A stretch of DNA of 64,000 nt. It comes from Reyranella sp. GTDB taxonomy: Bacteria; Pseudomonadota; Alphaproteobacteria; Reyranellales; Reyranellaceae. Below the pieces are notes generated by a model that did no database searches, was not told the DNA's origin, and saw only the letters and a list, made by a program, of their open reading frames with translations. Positions within the stretch are counted from its first letter, which is position 1, and each line of letters starts with the position of its first letter. The DNA lies in contig JAQSDW010000202.1 of NCBI GenBank assembly GCA_029946105.1, positions 8,645 to 72,644 on the forward strand, written 5' to 3'. Both the position numbers and the translations under genes were made by a program. Shown piece after piece: positions 47,086 to 57,102 of this stretch.

Positions 47086-48294
47086 CTAGCGAGCGCCGGC
47101 CGTGACCGGCCGCAGCCCCGGCGGGACCTTGTGCCAGGCGCGGCCGTCCTTGCCTTCCTGGAAGCCGTAGGCGTAGAGCGCCCGCATATAACTCTGGTCG
47201 AACTCGCCGGCCTTGGGGGCGCTGAAGTCGGCGCCGATATAGGCGAGGTTGTAGTCGACGCCGTCGCGCTGGGTGACGAAGTAGGTCCGCAACACGTCGT
47301 TCTGGCCGCTTGCCGCCAGCATGGTGTTGATGGCGCGCCCTGCGATCGAGATGGTCCGCCGCTCGCTCGCGGCATAGTCGGGATCGAGCCGCGCATTGCG
47401 GATGATGTAGGCGTGTCGCTCGCGGCGGATGGCAGCCGTGCCGATGTTGAGCGATGGCGGGTAGAGGAAGAGCTGGGCGATCGCGCCGCCGTCGACATGC
47501 ATCTCCTGGTACTTCTTGCCGTCGACCTCGACGTCGAACAGGACCGGCTGGAAGAGGCCGGGGATCGCGGCCGACGCGCGCAGGATCTTGCGGAACAGGT
47601 CGAGCGCGCCCGGATGGCCGCTGGCGGCGATGGCGCCGATGTTCCAGATGACCGGCCGCTGGGCGTCGAGATGGGTGGTGCCGATCAGCAGCAGGCGGCC
47701 CTGCTGGTATTCGCGCGCGATGGCGTCGAGCATCTTCTGGTCGGCATAGGTCGAAATCACCTGGGAAAGCGGGCCGGTGTCGGCCATGGCGTCGTCGAAC
47801 AGCGCCGCGGCGAGGCCGCGCGCCCGGAAGACCTTGTCGGGCGTCATGTTCGTGTAGACGTCGCGCAGGGCGTCGTCGTAGTCGGGCCCGAGGAAGGCGA
47901 AGGGCGCGATCAGCGCGCCGGTGCTGACGCCCGTCACCATCTTGAATTCCGGCCGCGTGCCGAGCGCGGTCCAGCCGGGCATCAGGCCGGCGCCGAAGGC
48001 ACCGTTATCGCCGCCGCCGGAGACAGCCAGGTAATAGACGGGCGGCAGGCGCGTCGTCGATTTGCCCTCGGCGCGCAACGTCGCCAGCTCGCGCTCGAAG
48101 GCGCGCGTGCCTTCCTCGATCATGGCGCCCGGATCGCCATCGGCGAAGAAGCGGGCGTTGGCAATGCCGAGCGGCAGGGCGCGGGCCGTGTCGGCTTGCG
48201 GCACGCCGGGGCCGCGCTCCGGAATCGAGCAGGCGCCAAGAAGGAGGACGCCGAATGACAGCGCCGCGAAAATCAGGACCTTGCGCAATTTCAC
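47086..48294 (-). CDS. Patatin-like phospholipase lipoprotein
   Basis: Lipobox LLGAC, SGGGDNGAFGAG, GVSTG, HVDGG; GTG start 48294. Confidence 0.9.
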   Translation of the reverse strand: MKLRKVLIFAALSFGVLLLGACSIPERGPGVPQADTARALPLGIANARFFADGDPGAMIEEGTRAFERELATLRAEGKSTTRLPPVYYLAVSGGGDNGAFGAGLMPGWTALGTRPEFKMVTGVSTGALIAPFAFLGPDYDDALRDVYTNMTPDKVFRARGLAAALFDDAMADTGPLSQVISTYADQKMLDAIAREYQQGRLLLIGTTHLDAQRPVIWNIGAIAASGHPGALDLFRKILRASAAIPGLFQPVLFDVEVDGKKYQEMHVDGGAIAQLFLYPPSLNIGTAAIRRERHAYIIRNARLDPDYAASERRTISIAGRAINTMLAASGQNDVLRTYFVTQRDGVDYNLAYIGADFSAPKAGEFDQSYMRALYAYGFQEGKDGRAWHKVPPGLRPVTAGAR

Positions 48295-48308
48295 GTACTC
48301 TCCGGCGA

Positions 48309-51300
48309 TCACTGAGAAGCTGGGGCGACCTCGGCCGGCGGGGCCTTGGGGGCGGCGGCCGGCGTCCCGCGTTCCTCGAAGCGCTGCAGCAGCGTGAAGA
48401 ACGACGGCACGAACAGCACGGCGAGGCAGGTCGAGGCGATCATGCCGCTGAACACGCAGAGGCCAAGGGAGATGCGCGAATTGGCACCCGCGCCCGTCGC
48501 CGTCACCAGCGGCACGACGCCCAGGATGAAGGCGAAGGAGGTCATCAGGATGGGGCGGAAGCGGGTACGGGCCGCCTCGATGGCCGCCTCGACGATCTCC
48601 TTGCCTTCGACATTGCGGGCATCGCGCGCGACTTCGACGATCAGGATGGCGTTCTTGGCGCCGAGCGCGATCAGCAGCATCAGGCCGATCTGGGTGTAGA
48701 TGTTGTTGGCGAGACCGACAGCGGACAGCGCGATGGCCGGGCCGCTCAGCGCCAGCGGCACGGCCAGGATCACGGCAAGCGGGGCGATCCAGCTCTCGTA
48801 CTGGCCGGCGAGGCAGAGATAGACAAGCAGGATGGCCAGGGCGAACACGTAGAGAAGCTGGTTGCCGACGACGTTCTCCTGGTAGGCCATGGCGGTCCAT
48901 TCGTAGCCCGTCCCAGGCGGCAGGATCGCGTTGGCGACCTCGTCCATCAGCGAGATGCCCTCGCCCGAACTGAAGCCGGTTGCAGGCGACCCCACGATCG
49001 CGGCCGACGGATAGAGATTGTAGAGGCTGATCAGCGGCGAACCCCGGGCCTCACGCAGCTCGGCGATGGCGCCGATCGGCACCATCTGCCCGTCGAGGTT
49101 CTTCACCTGGAGCCTCAGGATATCCTCGGGCCGCGTGCGGTACTGCGAATCGGCCTGGATGTAGACCTGCAGGCTGAGGCCGAACTTGTTGAAGCGGTTC
49201 ACGTAGCCCGAGCCCATGTAGGACGAGAGCGTCGTGAATACCTCGCCGACCGGGACCTTGAGCGACTCCGCCTTGACGCGATCGACCTCGACGCGGATGT
49301 GCGGTGCGGTGGCCCGGAACGAGGTCACGAGGTTGGTGAGCGCGGACTGTGTCCCGGCCTGCTCGATCACGGCATCGGTTACGCGCTGCAACTTGCCGTA
49401 GTCGAAGCTGCCGTCCCTCTGCTCGACCTGCATCTGGAAGCCGCCGGCGTTGCCGATACCCTGGATGGCGGGCGGGACGATGACGAAGGCCCGGCCGTCC
49501 TGCAGGACCTGCAACTCTTTCATGAGGCCGACCACGATCGATCGAAGATCCTGGCCCTCGGCCTTCAAGCGCACGTTCCAGTCCTTCAGGATGACGTAGG
49601 AGACGGCAGCGTTCGCCAGCGCCGAATTGCTGTCGAGCACCGACATGCCGCCGAGCGCCACCACGTTCTCGACGCCCGGCATGGCCATGGCGATCTTGCT
49701 CACCTGGTCGAGCGTCGCGCCGGTGCGCTCGAGCGAGGCGCCGTCCGGCAGTTGCACGCCGATCATCAGATAGCCCTGGTCCTCGTTGGGAATGAAGGCC
49801 GTGGGGAGACGGGCGACGCCCCAGCCGCCGATGACGGCCAGCACCAGGGCGAGGCAGACCATCAGGCCGCTGCGCCGGACCATGGCGCCGATCACGCCGG
49901 CGTAGGCGTCCTCGAGCTTGTTGTAGACCTTGTTGAAGCCGCGGAAGAAGACGTTGCGCTTTTCCGGCGGCACCGACGGCCGCAGCCAGAGTGCGCACTG
50001 GGTCGGCTTCAGCGTGGCGGCGTTTATGGCGCTGATCAGCGCCGTCGCGGCAATGACCAGGGCGAACTGGGCGAACATCTTGCCGGTCAGGCCCGGCACG
50101 AAGGCGGCCGGAATGAACACCGACATGAGCACCAGCGTGATGCCGATGACCGGGCCGAACAGCTCGTTCATCGCCTTGATCGCGGCGTCGTGGCTCGACA
50201 TGCCGCGCTCGATGTGGCGGGCGACGCCTTCCACGATCACGATGGCGTCGTCGACGACGATGCCGATCGCCAGCACGATGCCGAACATCGTCGTCGTGTT
50301 GATGGTGAAGCCGAGTGCAGCCATGGCGGCGAAGGCGCCGATGATCGTCACCGGGATCGTCGTTGCCGGCACCAGCATCGCGCGCCAATCCTGCAGGAAG
50401 ATCACGATCACGATCAGGACCAGGATGCCGGCCTCGATCAAGGTCCTGAAGACCTCGTTGATCGACGCCTTGACGAAGCGGGTGGTGTCGAACGGTACGT
50501 CGTAGACGAGGCCCGGCGGGAAATCCTTGGCCAGTTGCACCATCTTGGCCTTGACCGAGTTGGCGACGTCGAGGGCGTTGGCATCGGGCAGCTGGTAGAT
50601 GGCGATACCGGAGTTGGGCTTGCCGTTGATCTGGGAGGTCTGCGCGTAGGTCTGGGCGCCCAGCTCGACGCGACCGATGTCCTTTATCCGGACGATCCGC
50701 CCGCCGTTGCCTTGGGCGGCCTTGACGATGATGTTGCCGAACTCCTCGGGTGTGCTCAGCCGGCCGAGGACGTCGATCGTGTACTGGAAGTCCAGTCCCT
50801 TGGGCGCCGGTGGCATGCCGACCTGGCCGGCGCTCACATCCTGGCTTTGCTGCTGGATGACGCGGCTGACATCGGAGGGCGTGAGGCCGAATGTGTAGAG
50901 CTTCTCCGGGTCGAGCCATACACGCATTGAGTACTGGCCGACGCCGAGCACATTGACGTTGCCGACGCCCGGCAGCCGCGACAGCTCGTTGACCAGATTG
51001 ATGGTGGCGTAGTTGCTCAGGAAGAGACTGTCGTAGCGTTCGTCCGGCGACGTCAGCGATATGATCTGCAGGATCGACGTCGATTTCTTCTCGACGATCA
51101 GGCCCTGTGCCTGGACCGACGCGGGCAGCGACGCCAGCGCGGCACTCACCTTGTTCTGCACCAGCACCTGGGCGAAGTTGAGATCGGTGCCGATCTCGAA
51201 CGTCACCGTCAGCGTGTAGGTGCCGGCGTCCGTGCTGTAGGACTGCATGTAGATCATCTTCTCGACGCCGTTGACCTGCAGTTCGACCGGCAGGGCGACG

Positions 51301-51482
51301 TTGTCGACGACAACCTGGGCGCTGGCGCCGGGGTAGGTCGTGGTGACCTGCACCGTCGGCGGCACGATGTTGGGATATTGCGAGACCGGCAGAGTAAACA
51401 GCGCAACGCCGCCGATCAGCACGATGACGATGGCAAGGACGTTGGCCAGAACCGGCCGATTGATGAAGAATTCCGAAATCAT
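48309..51482 (-). CDS. RND efflux permease (AcrB family)
   Basis: FFINRPVLANV, GIVVDDAIVIVE, KNAILIVE, RFRPILMTS. Confidence 0.95.
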   Translation of the reverse strand: MISEFFINRPVLANVLAIVIVLIGGVALFTLPVSQYPNIVPPTVQVTTTYPGASAQVVVDNVALPVELQVNGVEKMIYMQSYSTDAGTYTLTVTFEIGTDLNFAQVLVQNKVSAALASLPASVQAQGLIVEKKSTSILQIISLTSPDERYDSLFLSNYATINLVNELSRLPGVGNVNVLGVGQYSMRVWLDPEKLYTFGLTPSDVSRVIQQQSQDVSAGQVGMPPAPKGLDFQYTIDVLGRLSTPEEFGNIIVKAAQGNGGRIVRIKDIGRVELGAQTYAQTSQINGKPNSGIAIYQLPDANALDVANSVKAKMVQLAKDFPPGLVYDVPFDTTRFVKASINEVFRTLIEAGILVLIVIVIFLQDWRAMLVPATTIPVTIIGAFAAMAALGFTINTTTMFGIVLAIGIVVDDAIVIVEGVARHIERGMSSHDAAIKAMNELFGPVIGITLVLMSVFIPAAFVPGLTGKMFAQFALVIAATALISAINAATLKPTQCALWLRPSVPPEKRNVFFRGFNKVYNKLEDAYAGVIGAMVRRSGLMVCLALVLAVIGGWGVARLPTAFIPNEDQGYLMIGVQLPDGASLERTGATLDQVSKIAMAMPGVENVVALGGMSVLDSNSALANAAVSYVILKDWNVRLKAEGQDLRSIVVGLMKELQVLQDGRAFVIVPPAIQGIGNAGGFQMQVEQRDGSFDYGKLQRVTDAVIEQAGTQSALTNLVTSFRATAPHIRVEVDRVKAESLKVPVGEVFTTLSSYMGSGYVNRFNKFGLSLQVYIQADSQYRTRPEDILRLQVKNLDGQMVPIGAIAELREARGSPLISLYNLYPSAAIVGSPATGFSSGEGISLMDEVANAILPPGTGYEWTAMAYQENVVGNQLLYVFALAILLVYLCLAGQYESWIAPLAVILAVPLALSGPAIALSAVGLANNIYTQIGLMLLIALGAKNAILIVEVARDARNVEGKEIVEAAIEAARTRFRPILMTSFAFILGVVPLVTATGAGANSRISLGLCVFSGMIASTCLAVLFVPSFFTLLQRFEERGTPAAAPKAPPAEVAPASQ

Positions 51483-51501
51483 CGCTGCGCTTCCGGCCCG
51501 G

Positions 51502-52668
51502 TTACTTGGTCGAACCGTCGGCGGCGGGCACGGGGATCGTGGTCAGCTTGGGCACCACCTTGCCGCCCGGGATGGCGCGGCTGTTGGTGCTGAGCACGAC
51601 CTGGTCGTCGGCCTTGAGGCCGGTCGCGATTACCCGCAGGCCGCCGACAAGCAGCTGGCCCGTGGTTACGCGCACCTGCTCGACGACGTTGTTCTTGTTG
51701 ACGATCAGCAGGTACTTGCCGGCCTGGTCCTCCGAGATCACCCGGTTGGGCACCACCAGGGAGGCCGCGGGACCGAGGCCCTTCGGCACCTTCACGCGCA
51801 CGAAGAAGCCGGGGATCAGGGCCCGTGTCGGGTTGGCGAACAGGCCGCGTACCAGGATCGTGCCTGTCGTGGCGTCGATTTCCGGCGAGACGTAGTTGAG
51901 AAAGCCGTCGTGGGGGAAGCCATCCTCGTTCATCAGGCCGATGCTGAGCGGGATCTTGCTGAGTTCCTCGACGTCGAGGCGGCGCTGCTTGAGGTTCTCG
52001 CGGATCTGCAGCACGTCCTGTTCGCTCATGTTGAATTCGACGTACATCGGATCGAGCTGCACGATGGTTGCCAGCTTGGTGGCGACGCCGTTGCCGACCA
52101 GCTCGCCGATCGTGATCAGATGCTTGGAAACAATGCCGTCGAACGGCGCCAGCACCGTCGTGTAGCCCAGGTTGGTCTGGGCGACGGTGAGGTTGCCTTC
52201 GTTGCTCTCGACGTTGGCGCGGGCGCTGTCCCGCTTGGCCTTGGCGGTGTCGTAGGTCGCCTGTGACGACACGTTCTGCCGCAGCAGCGTCTCCTGGCGG
52301 GTGAATTCGGCTTCCGCCTGCACCAGCAACGCCTTGGCCGAGGCGACGCCGGCTTCGGCCTCCTTGACCTTGGCCTTGTACATCGTCTGCTCGATCACGA
52401 ACAAAGTGTCGCCCTTCTTCACCACGGCGCCATCGACGTATTTGATCTCGGTGAGGAAGCCCTCGACGCGGGCGACGAGGTCGACGGTCGCGAACGCCAC
52501 CGTGTTGCCGGTCAGAACCTCGAACGGCGCCACCTCACGCTGCAGCGGCACGGCGACGCTGATCTCGGCCGGCGGCGGCGGCATGAACTTGTTTTCGGGC
52601 TTGCACGCGGACAGGGACACCGCCAGCAATGGCAGCGCGATCCAGCCCCTAAGGCTGAGACTCAACAT
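51502..52668 (-). CDS. RND periplasmic adaptor (membrane fusion protein)
   Basis: Lipobox LSAC, ARVEGFL, APFDG, DATTGTI..R. Confidence 0.93.
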   Translation of the reverse strand: MLSLSLRGWIALPLLAVSLSACKPENKFMPPPPAEISVAVPLQREVAPFEVLTGNTVAFATVDLVARVEGFLTEIKYVDGAVVKKGDTLFVIEQTMYKAKVKEAEAGVASAKALLVQAEAEFTRQETLLRQNVSSQATYDTAKAKRDSARANVESNEGNLTVAQTNLGYTTVLAPFDGIVSKHLITIGELVGNGVATKLATIVQLDPMYVEFNMSEQDVLQIRENLKQRRLDVEELSKIPLSIGLMNEDGFPHDGFLNYVSPEIDATTGTILVRGLFANPTRALIPGFFVRVKVPKGLGPAASLVVPNRVISEDQAGKYLLIVNKNNVVEQVRVTTGQLLVGGLRVIATGLKADDQVVLSTNSRAIPGGKVVPKLTTIPVPAADGSTK

Positions 52669-52773
52669 GGTTCCGACAACGCTCCCCGGGGTTCTGGTCG
52701 AGGCACAGGAGGGGTCCAGTCCGACGCCGTCAGGGTTACCGCATCCCCCGGGGGAATGCCACCTTGGAGGCCC

Positions 52774-53367
52774 TCACGTCCGTTTGAACAGCAGCGACAG
52801 ATTGTTGGCCGGCATATCGACGATCTCTGGCGGATCGAAGCCCTTGGCCGTGGCGAGTGCGGTCACGGTCTCGAGGTCGCGCACGCCCCAGGCCGGATTG
52901 CGCCGCCGCAGGTCGGCGTCGAATGCCTCATTGCTGGGCGCCGTGTGCCGGCCGTTCCGACGGTAGGGGCCGTAAAGATAGAGCGTTCCGCCCTCGCTCA
53001 GCAGGCGCGCCGCGCCGGAAATCAGCCCGACTGCTGCCTCCCACGGTGCAATATGGATCATGTTGCAGCAGAGCACGGCGTCCGCCCGCTCGATCGGCCA
53101 GACGTCGCCCGCGGCATCGAGGGCCAGCGCCGCCCGGACATTGCCGAGACCTTCCGTCTGTATCCAGTCGTCGATGCTGGCGCGCGCCTCGGCGCCGGGA
53201 TCGCTCGGCTGGAAGATAAGCCCGGGCAACGCTTCGGCAAAGTGGACGATGTGCTCGCCCGAGCCGCTCGCGACCTCGAGCACGATGCCTTTGTCCGGCA
53301 AGCGTGGGCGCAGGACGTCGAGGATGGGTTGGCGGTTGCGGGCCGTCGCCGGGGCATGGCGCTTCAT
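52774..53367 (-). CDS. DUF938 family SAM-dependent methyltransferase
   Basis: APATARNRQPIL, VLEVASGSGEH, NMIHIAPW, YGPY, MPANN. Confidence 0.9.
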   Translation of the reverse strand: MKRHAPATARNRQPILDVLRPRLPDKGIVLEVASGSGEHIVHFAEALPGLIFQPSDPGAEARASIDDWIQTEGLGNVRAALALDAAGDVWPIERADAVLCCNMIHIAPWEAAVGLISGAARLLSEGGTLYLYGPYRRNGRHTAPSNEAFDADLRRRNPAWGVRDLETVTALATAKGFDPPEIVDMPANNLSLLFKRT

Positions 53368-55664
53368 CGGACGGACTGCATCGCTTGCCAGATGTGCGCC
53401 GGACTGGCCGGCCCGTCGAAGTCGGTGACGCCAAGCGGCGCCAGCGCATCGAGGATCGCGTTGGCGATGGCGGGAAAGGCCGCGATGGCGCCGGCTTCGC
53501 CGCAGCCTTTGACGCCCAGCGGATTGGTCGTGCAGGGCGAGGCGTTGAAGCCGAGATCGAACGACGGCAGGTCGTCGGCGCGCGGCAGGGCGTAGTCCAT
53601 GAACGATCCGGCGACCATCTGCCCGGAGTGCGGATCGTAGGTCGCGTGCTCGAGCAGGGCCTGGCCCACGCCCTGCGCCATCGCGCCATGCGCCTGGCCG
53701 GTGGCGATCATGGGATTGACCAGGACGCCGTAGTCGTCGACCGCGGTGTAGCGCGCCAGGCTCGTGCGTCCGGTGTCGCGGTCGATCTCGACCTCGACGA
53801 CGTGCGCGCCGTTGGGAAAGGTCATGTGCTCGCGGGTCCAGGCATGGAACGTATCGAGCGGCGTGCCTTTGGCGCGGCCAAGAGCTGCGACCTCGAGCAG
53901 GCCGATGGCGCGGTCGGTGCCGGAGACCACGAAGCGGCCGTCCTCGAAGCGGATGTCGGCTTCCGAGGCTTCCAGCGCGTCGGCGGCGAGCGCCGTGCCC
54001 TTGGCGATGATCTCGTCCGAGGCCCGCCACATCGCCGTGCCGCCCATGTAGGTGGCGCGCGAACTGCCGTGGCCGCCGCCGGCGGCAATCAGGTCGGTGT
54101 CGCCCTGGCAGAGCCGGATGCGTTCGTTGGGCACGCCGAGGCGCGTGCTGAGGATCTGCGGGAAGGTCGTCTCGTGGCCCTGGCCGATGTGTTGCGTGCC
54201 GGTGATCAGCGACACCGTGCCGTCGGCCTCGAAACGTATGTCGACATTCTCGTCCGGCGAGCCGCCCGTGCCCTTGATGTGATAGGCGAAGCCCAGGCCG
54301 CGCAGCCGCCCGGCCGCCTCGCTCTGCCGCCGCCGCTCGGCGAAGCCGCCCGTATCGGCGCGGGCGAGCGCATGATCGAGCGTCTCGGCGAAAGTGCCGC
54401 TGTCGACCTGGAAGCCGAAGGCGTTGGTCATCGGCATCGCCTCGGCCGGCACCATGTTGAGGCGACGAAGCCCGGCCCGGTCAAAACCGCCCTGGCGCGC
54501 CGCCGCGTCGATCAGCCGTTCCAGGATGTTCACGGTTTCGGCGAAGCCCGGCCCACGCGTGACGCCGATGGGCGCCGTGTTGGTAAGCACGGCCACGATG
54601 TGCAGCGAGATTGCGGGCAGGCGATACACCGTGCCCTGCAGATGGACATACTGATAAGTCGGCACGCCGCCGCCGGCGCCCGCCATATAAGCGCCGAGAT
54701 TGGCGACGCTCGAGACTTTCAGCCCCAGGAATTTTCCTGCGGCGTCGAGGGCGAGTGCGGCCTCGGCCCACATGTCGCGCGCGGCATGGTCCGACAGGAA
54801 CACCTCGCTGCGGCTCGCGATCCATTTCACCGGCCGGCCCGTCCGCTTCGCCGCCCACAGGATCAGCGCGTGTTCGGCATAGGCGAAGTTCTTGGCGCCG
54901 AAGCCGCCGCCGACATCGGGCGCTACGAAGCGGACGTCCTTGGCCTCGACGCCGAGCGCGCGGGCGACATGATTGCGGTTGTTGTGGATGTTCTGGCTCG
55001 AGACATGGAGCGTGTAGCGGCCGGTCGCCGGGTCGAACGCCCCGACGCCGCCACGCGGCTCCATCGGATTCATGACGATGCGATGGTTGTCGAGCTGAAG
55101 CCGAACGACGTGCGCGGCCTGCTGGAAGGCCTTGTCGGCGCCGGCGGCATCGCCGGTCCGCCAGTCGAGGCAGACGTTGCCCGGCACTTCCTGCGAAAGA
55201 ATCGGCGCGCCGGGCGCACGGGCGGCTGTTGCCGTCGTCACGGCGGCCAGGGCCGCGTACTCGACCGCCACCAGCTCGGCGGCGTCGAGCGCCTGGGCGT
55301 GCGTTTCCGCAACGATCAGCGCCACCGGTTCGCCGGCGAAACGGACCGTGCCGGCGGCAAGCAGCGGCTGTGGCGCGAAGGCGAACGGCTCGCCGGTCTG
55401 GAGGTTGGCCTCGACGTAGGGGCGGAGCGGCTTCAGCCCGTCGGCGTCGGCGTCTGCCGCGGTCAGGACGGCGAGCACGCCAGGGGCGCCCGCTGCCGCG
55501 GTCGTGTCGATGGATGTGATCAGCGCATGGGCATGCGGCGTGCGCAGGACGACGGCATGCGCCAGGCGATCGACCCGCAGGTCGTCGAGATAGGCGCCGC
55601 CGCCGGTGACGAAGCGCGCGTCCTCGCGTCGCCTGGGTGAATCGCCGATCGTCGACATGGTCAT
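53364..55664 (-). CDS. Xanthine dehydrogenase/CoxL-family molybdopterin-binding large subunit
   Basis: RREDARFVTG.G.Y.DD, DVGGGFGAK, GQGHET, GVKGCGEAG. Confidence 0.9.
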   Translation of the reverse strand: MTMSTIGDSPRRREDARFVTGGGAYLDDLRVDRLAHAVVLRTPHAHALITSIDTTAAAGAPGVLAVLTAADADADGLKPLRPYVEANLQTGEPFAFAPQPLLAAGTVRFAGEPVALIVAETHAQALDAAELVAVEYAALAAVTTATAARAPGAPILSQEVPGNVCLDWRTGDAAGADKAFQQAAHVVRLQLDNHRIVMNPMEPRGGVGAFDPATGRYTLHVSSQNIHNNRNHVARALGVEAKDVRFVAPDVGGGFGAKNFAYAEHALILWAAKRTGRPVKWIASRSEVFLSDHAARDMWAEAALALDAAGKFLGLKVSSVANLGAYMAGAGGGVPTYQYVHLQGTVYRLPAISLHIVAVLTNTAPIGVTRGPGFAETVNILERLIDAAARQGGFDRAGLRRLNMVPAEAMPMTNAFGFQVDSGTFAETLDHALARADTGGFAERRRQSEAAGRLRGLGFAYHIKGTGGSPDENVDIRFEADGTVSLITGTQHIGQGHETTFPQILSTRLGVPNERIRLCQGDTDLIAAGGGHGSSRATYMGGTAMWRASDEIIAKGTALAADALEASEADIRFEDGRFVVSGTDRAIGLLEVAALGRAKGTPLDTFHAWTREHMTFPNGAHVVEVEIDRDTGRTSLARYTAVDDYGVLVNPMIATGQAHGAMAQGVGQALLEHATYDPHSGQMVAGSFMDYALPRADDLPSFDLGFNASPCTTNPLGVKGCGEAGAIAAFPAIANAILDALAPLGVTDFDGPASPAHIWQAMQSVR

Positions 55665-56974
55665 GTCCGCAATGTCTCCGCGTTCTTCGCCTGCCGTTTC
55701 TCGTCCCACCAGTCGTGCGCCTGAAGGCTCCAGTAGGCGAGCTGGGTGGCGGTCCGTCCGAACGGCCCGCCGGCCCAGCTTGTGCCGAACGGGGCGAACA
55801 GGCGCCAGAGCGAGTCGTCGCCCAGGATACCGGCGGCGACAGCATCGGCACCCGCCGCGGTCTGGGCAAGTCCGTGGCCGCCGAAAGCCGAACATACCCA
55901 GAGACCGGGTTCGATCTCGCCGACCTGGGGCATCTTGTGCGGCGCATAGCCCATGATGCCGGGCCAGGCGTACTCGATCCGGATGTCGCCGAGCTGCGGA
56001 TAGACGGAAAGAATATCGCCGCGCATCATGTCGCGCAGGCGGGGCGGCTCGCGCGTGTCGGTGGTGATGCGACCGCCCCACAGCAGCCGGTCGCCGTCGA
56101 TCACGCGGTAATAATCGCCGGCGCGGCGTGTGTCGGAGATCGCACCGGACCAGCGAATGGCTTCAGCCAGTCGCGGTCCGATATTCTCGGTGACAGTCAC
56201 GTAGGTGGCGACGGGCAGAACGGCGCGTGCAATCCGCGGCTGCACTGGGCCGAGATCGGCATTGCCTGCCAGCACGACATGAGGGGCTGCGATCTCGCCG
56301 CGCGACGTCTGCAGTCGCCAAGTGCCGCCTTCACGGGACAGTCCGGTCGCTTCCGTTGCTTCGTGGATCGCGCCGCCGCAGGCTTCGATGTCGGCGGCCA
56401 ATGCCAGCGCGAAGTTCAGGGGATGGATGTGAAACGACAGCGGATCGTGGATCGCCTGATGGTAGCGCTGCGTATCGAGCAGGGTGCGCACGCGGGCCGT
56501 CTCCCACGGCTCGAACGCTGCGCCCAGCCTGTCGGCCAGGGCGCGCGTGCGATCGGCGAAGCCCGCGCCCTGGTCGGTGCGCGAGAGGCTGAGCTTGCCG
56601 GCTCCCATGCGAATCTCGGGTCGGCCCAACGCGTCGATAGCTTCGCGCACGATAGCGACGCCGCGCTGCGATTGGGCATAAAGTCGCCGTGTATGGTCGA
56701 GGCCGAGCCGGTCGATCAGCGCGCCTGACCGTTCGGCGAAACCCGCTCCGACGAAGCCGCCGTTGCGGCCCGATGCGCCCCAGCCGATGCGGTGGCGTTC
56801 GACGAGCGCCACGCGCTTGCCTTGCAGGGCGAGCAGCCGCGCGCTGTGCAGGCCGGCGAAGCCGCCGCCCACGATCGCGACATCGGCCTCGATCCGCGCG
56901 GCGAGTGGCGGACGGTCGGCGCTCACGTCTCGCGTGGCGGCATACCAGCTTGCCGGGTAGGCGCTATCGCCCAT
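55661..56974 (-). CDS. FAD-dependent oxidoreductase (DadA/PuuB-like)
   Basis: VGGGFAGL, GASGRNGG, HPLNF, AFGGHG. Confidence 0.9.
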   Translation of the reverse strand: MGDSAYPASWYAATRDVSADRPPLAARIEADVAIVGGGFAGLHSARLLALQGKRVALVERHRIGWGASGRNGGFVGAGFAERSGALIDRLGLDHTRRLYAQSQRGVAIVREAIDALGRPEIRMGAGKLSLSRTDQGAGFADRTRALADRLGAAFEPWETARVRTLLDTQRYHQAIHDPLSFHIHPLNFALALAADIEACGGAIHEATEATGLSREGGTWRLQTSRGEIAAPHVVLAGNADLGPVQPRIARAVLPVATYVTVTENIGPRLAEAIRWSGAISDTRRAGDYYRVIDGDRLLWGGRITTDTREPPRLRDMMRGDILSVYPQLGDIRIEYAWPGIMGYAPHKMPQVGEIEPGLWVCSAFGGHGLAQTAAGADAVAAGILGDDSLWRLFAPFGTSWAGGPFGRTATQLAYWSLQAHDWWDEKRQAKNAETLRT

Positions 56975-57102
56975 CGTTCGCGTTCCTCTCCTCAATTCCT
57001 GTCTGGAACAGGTGGCACAGGAAGGCTTGCGCGGTCACGCCCTCTGTCGCAGTAAGTTTGCTCAGGGGATTGCCACGGGTTCATGTTGTTGCCGGAGGGC
57101 GT

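Noticed and set aside
53364-55664. Aerobic CO dehydrogenase (coxL)
   Set aside because: It lacks the AYxCSFR and AYxGAGR motifs and has no coxM/coxS neighbours.
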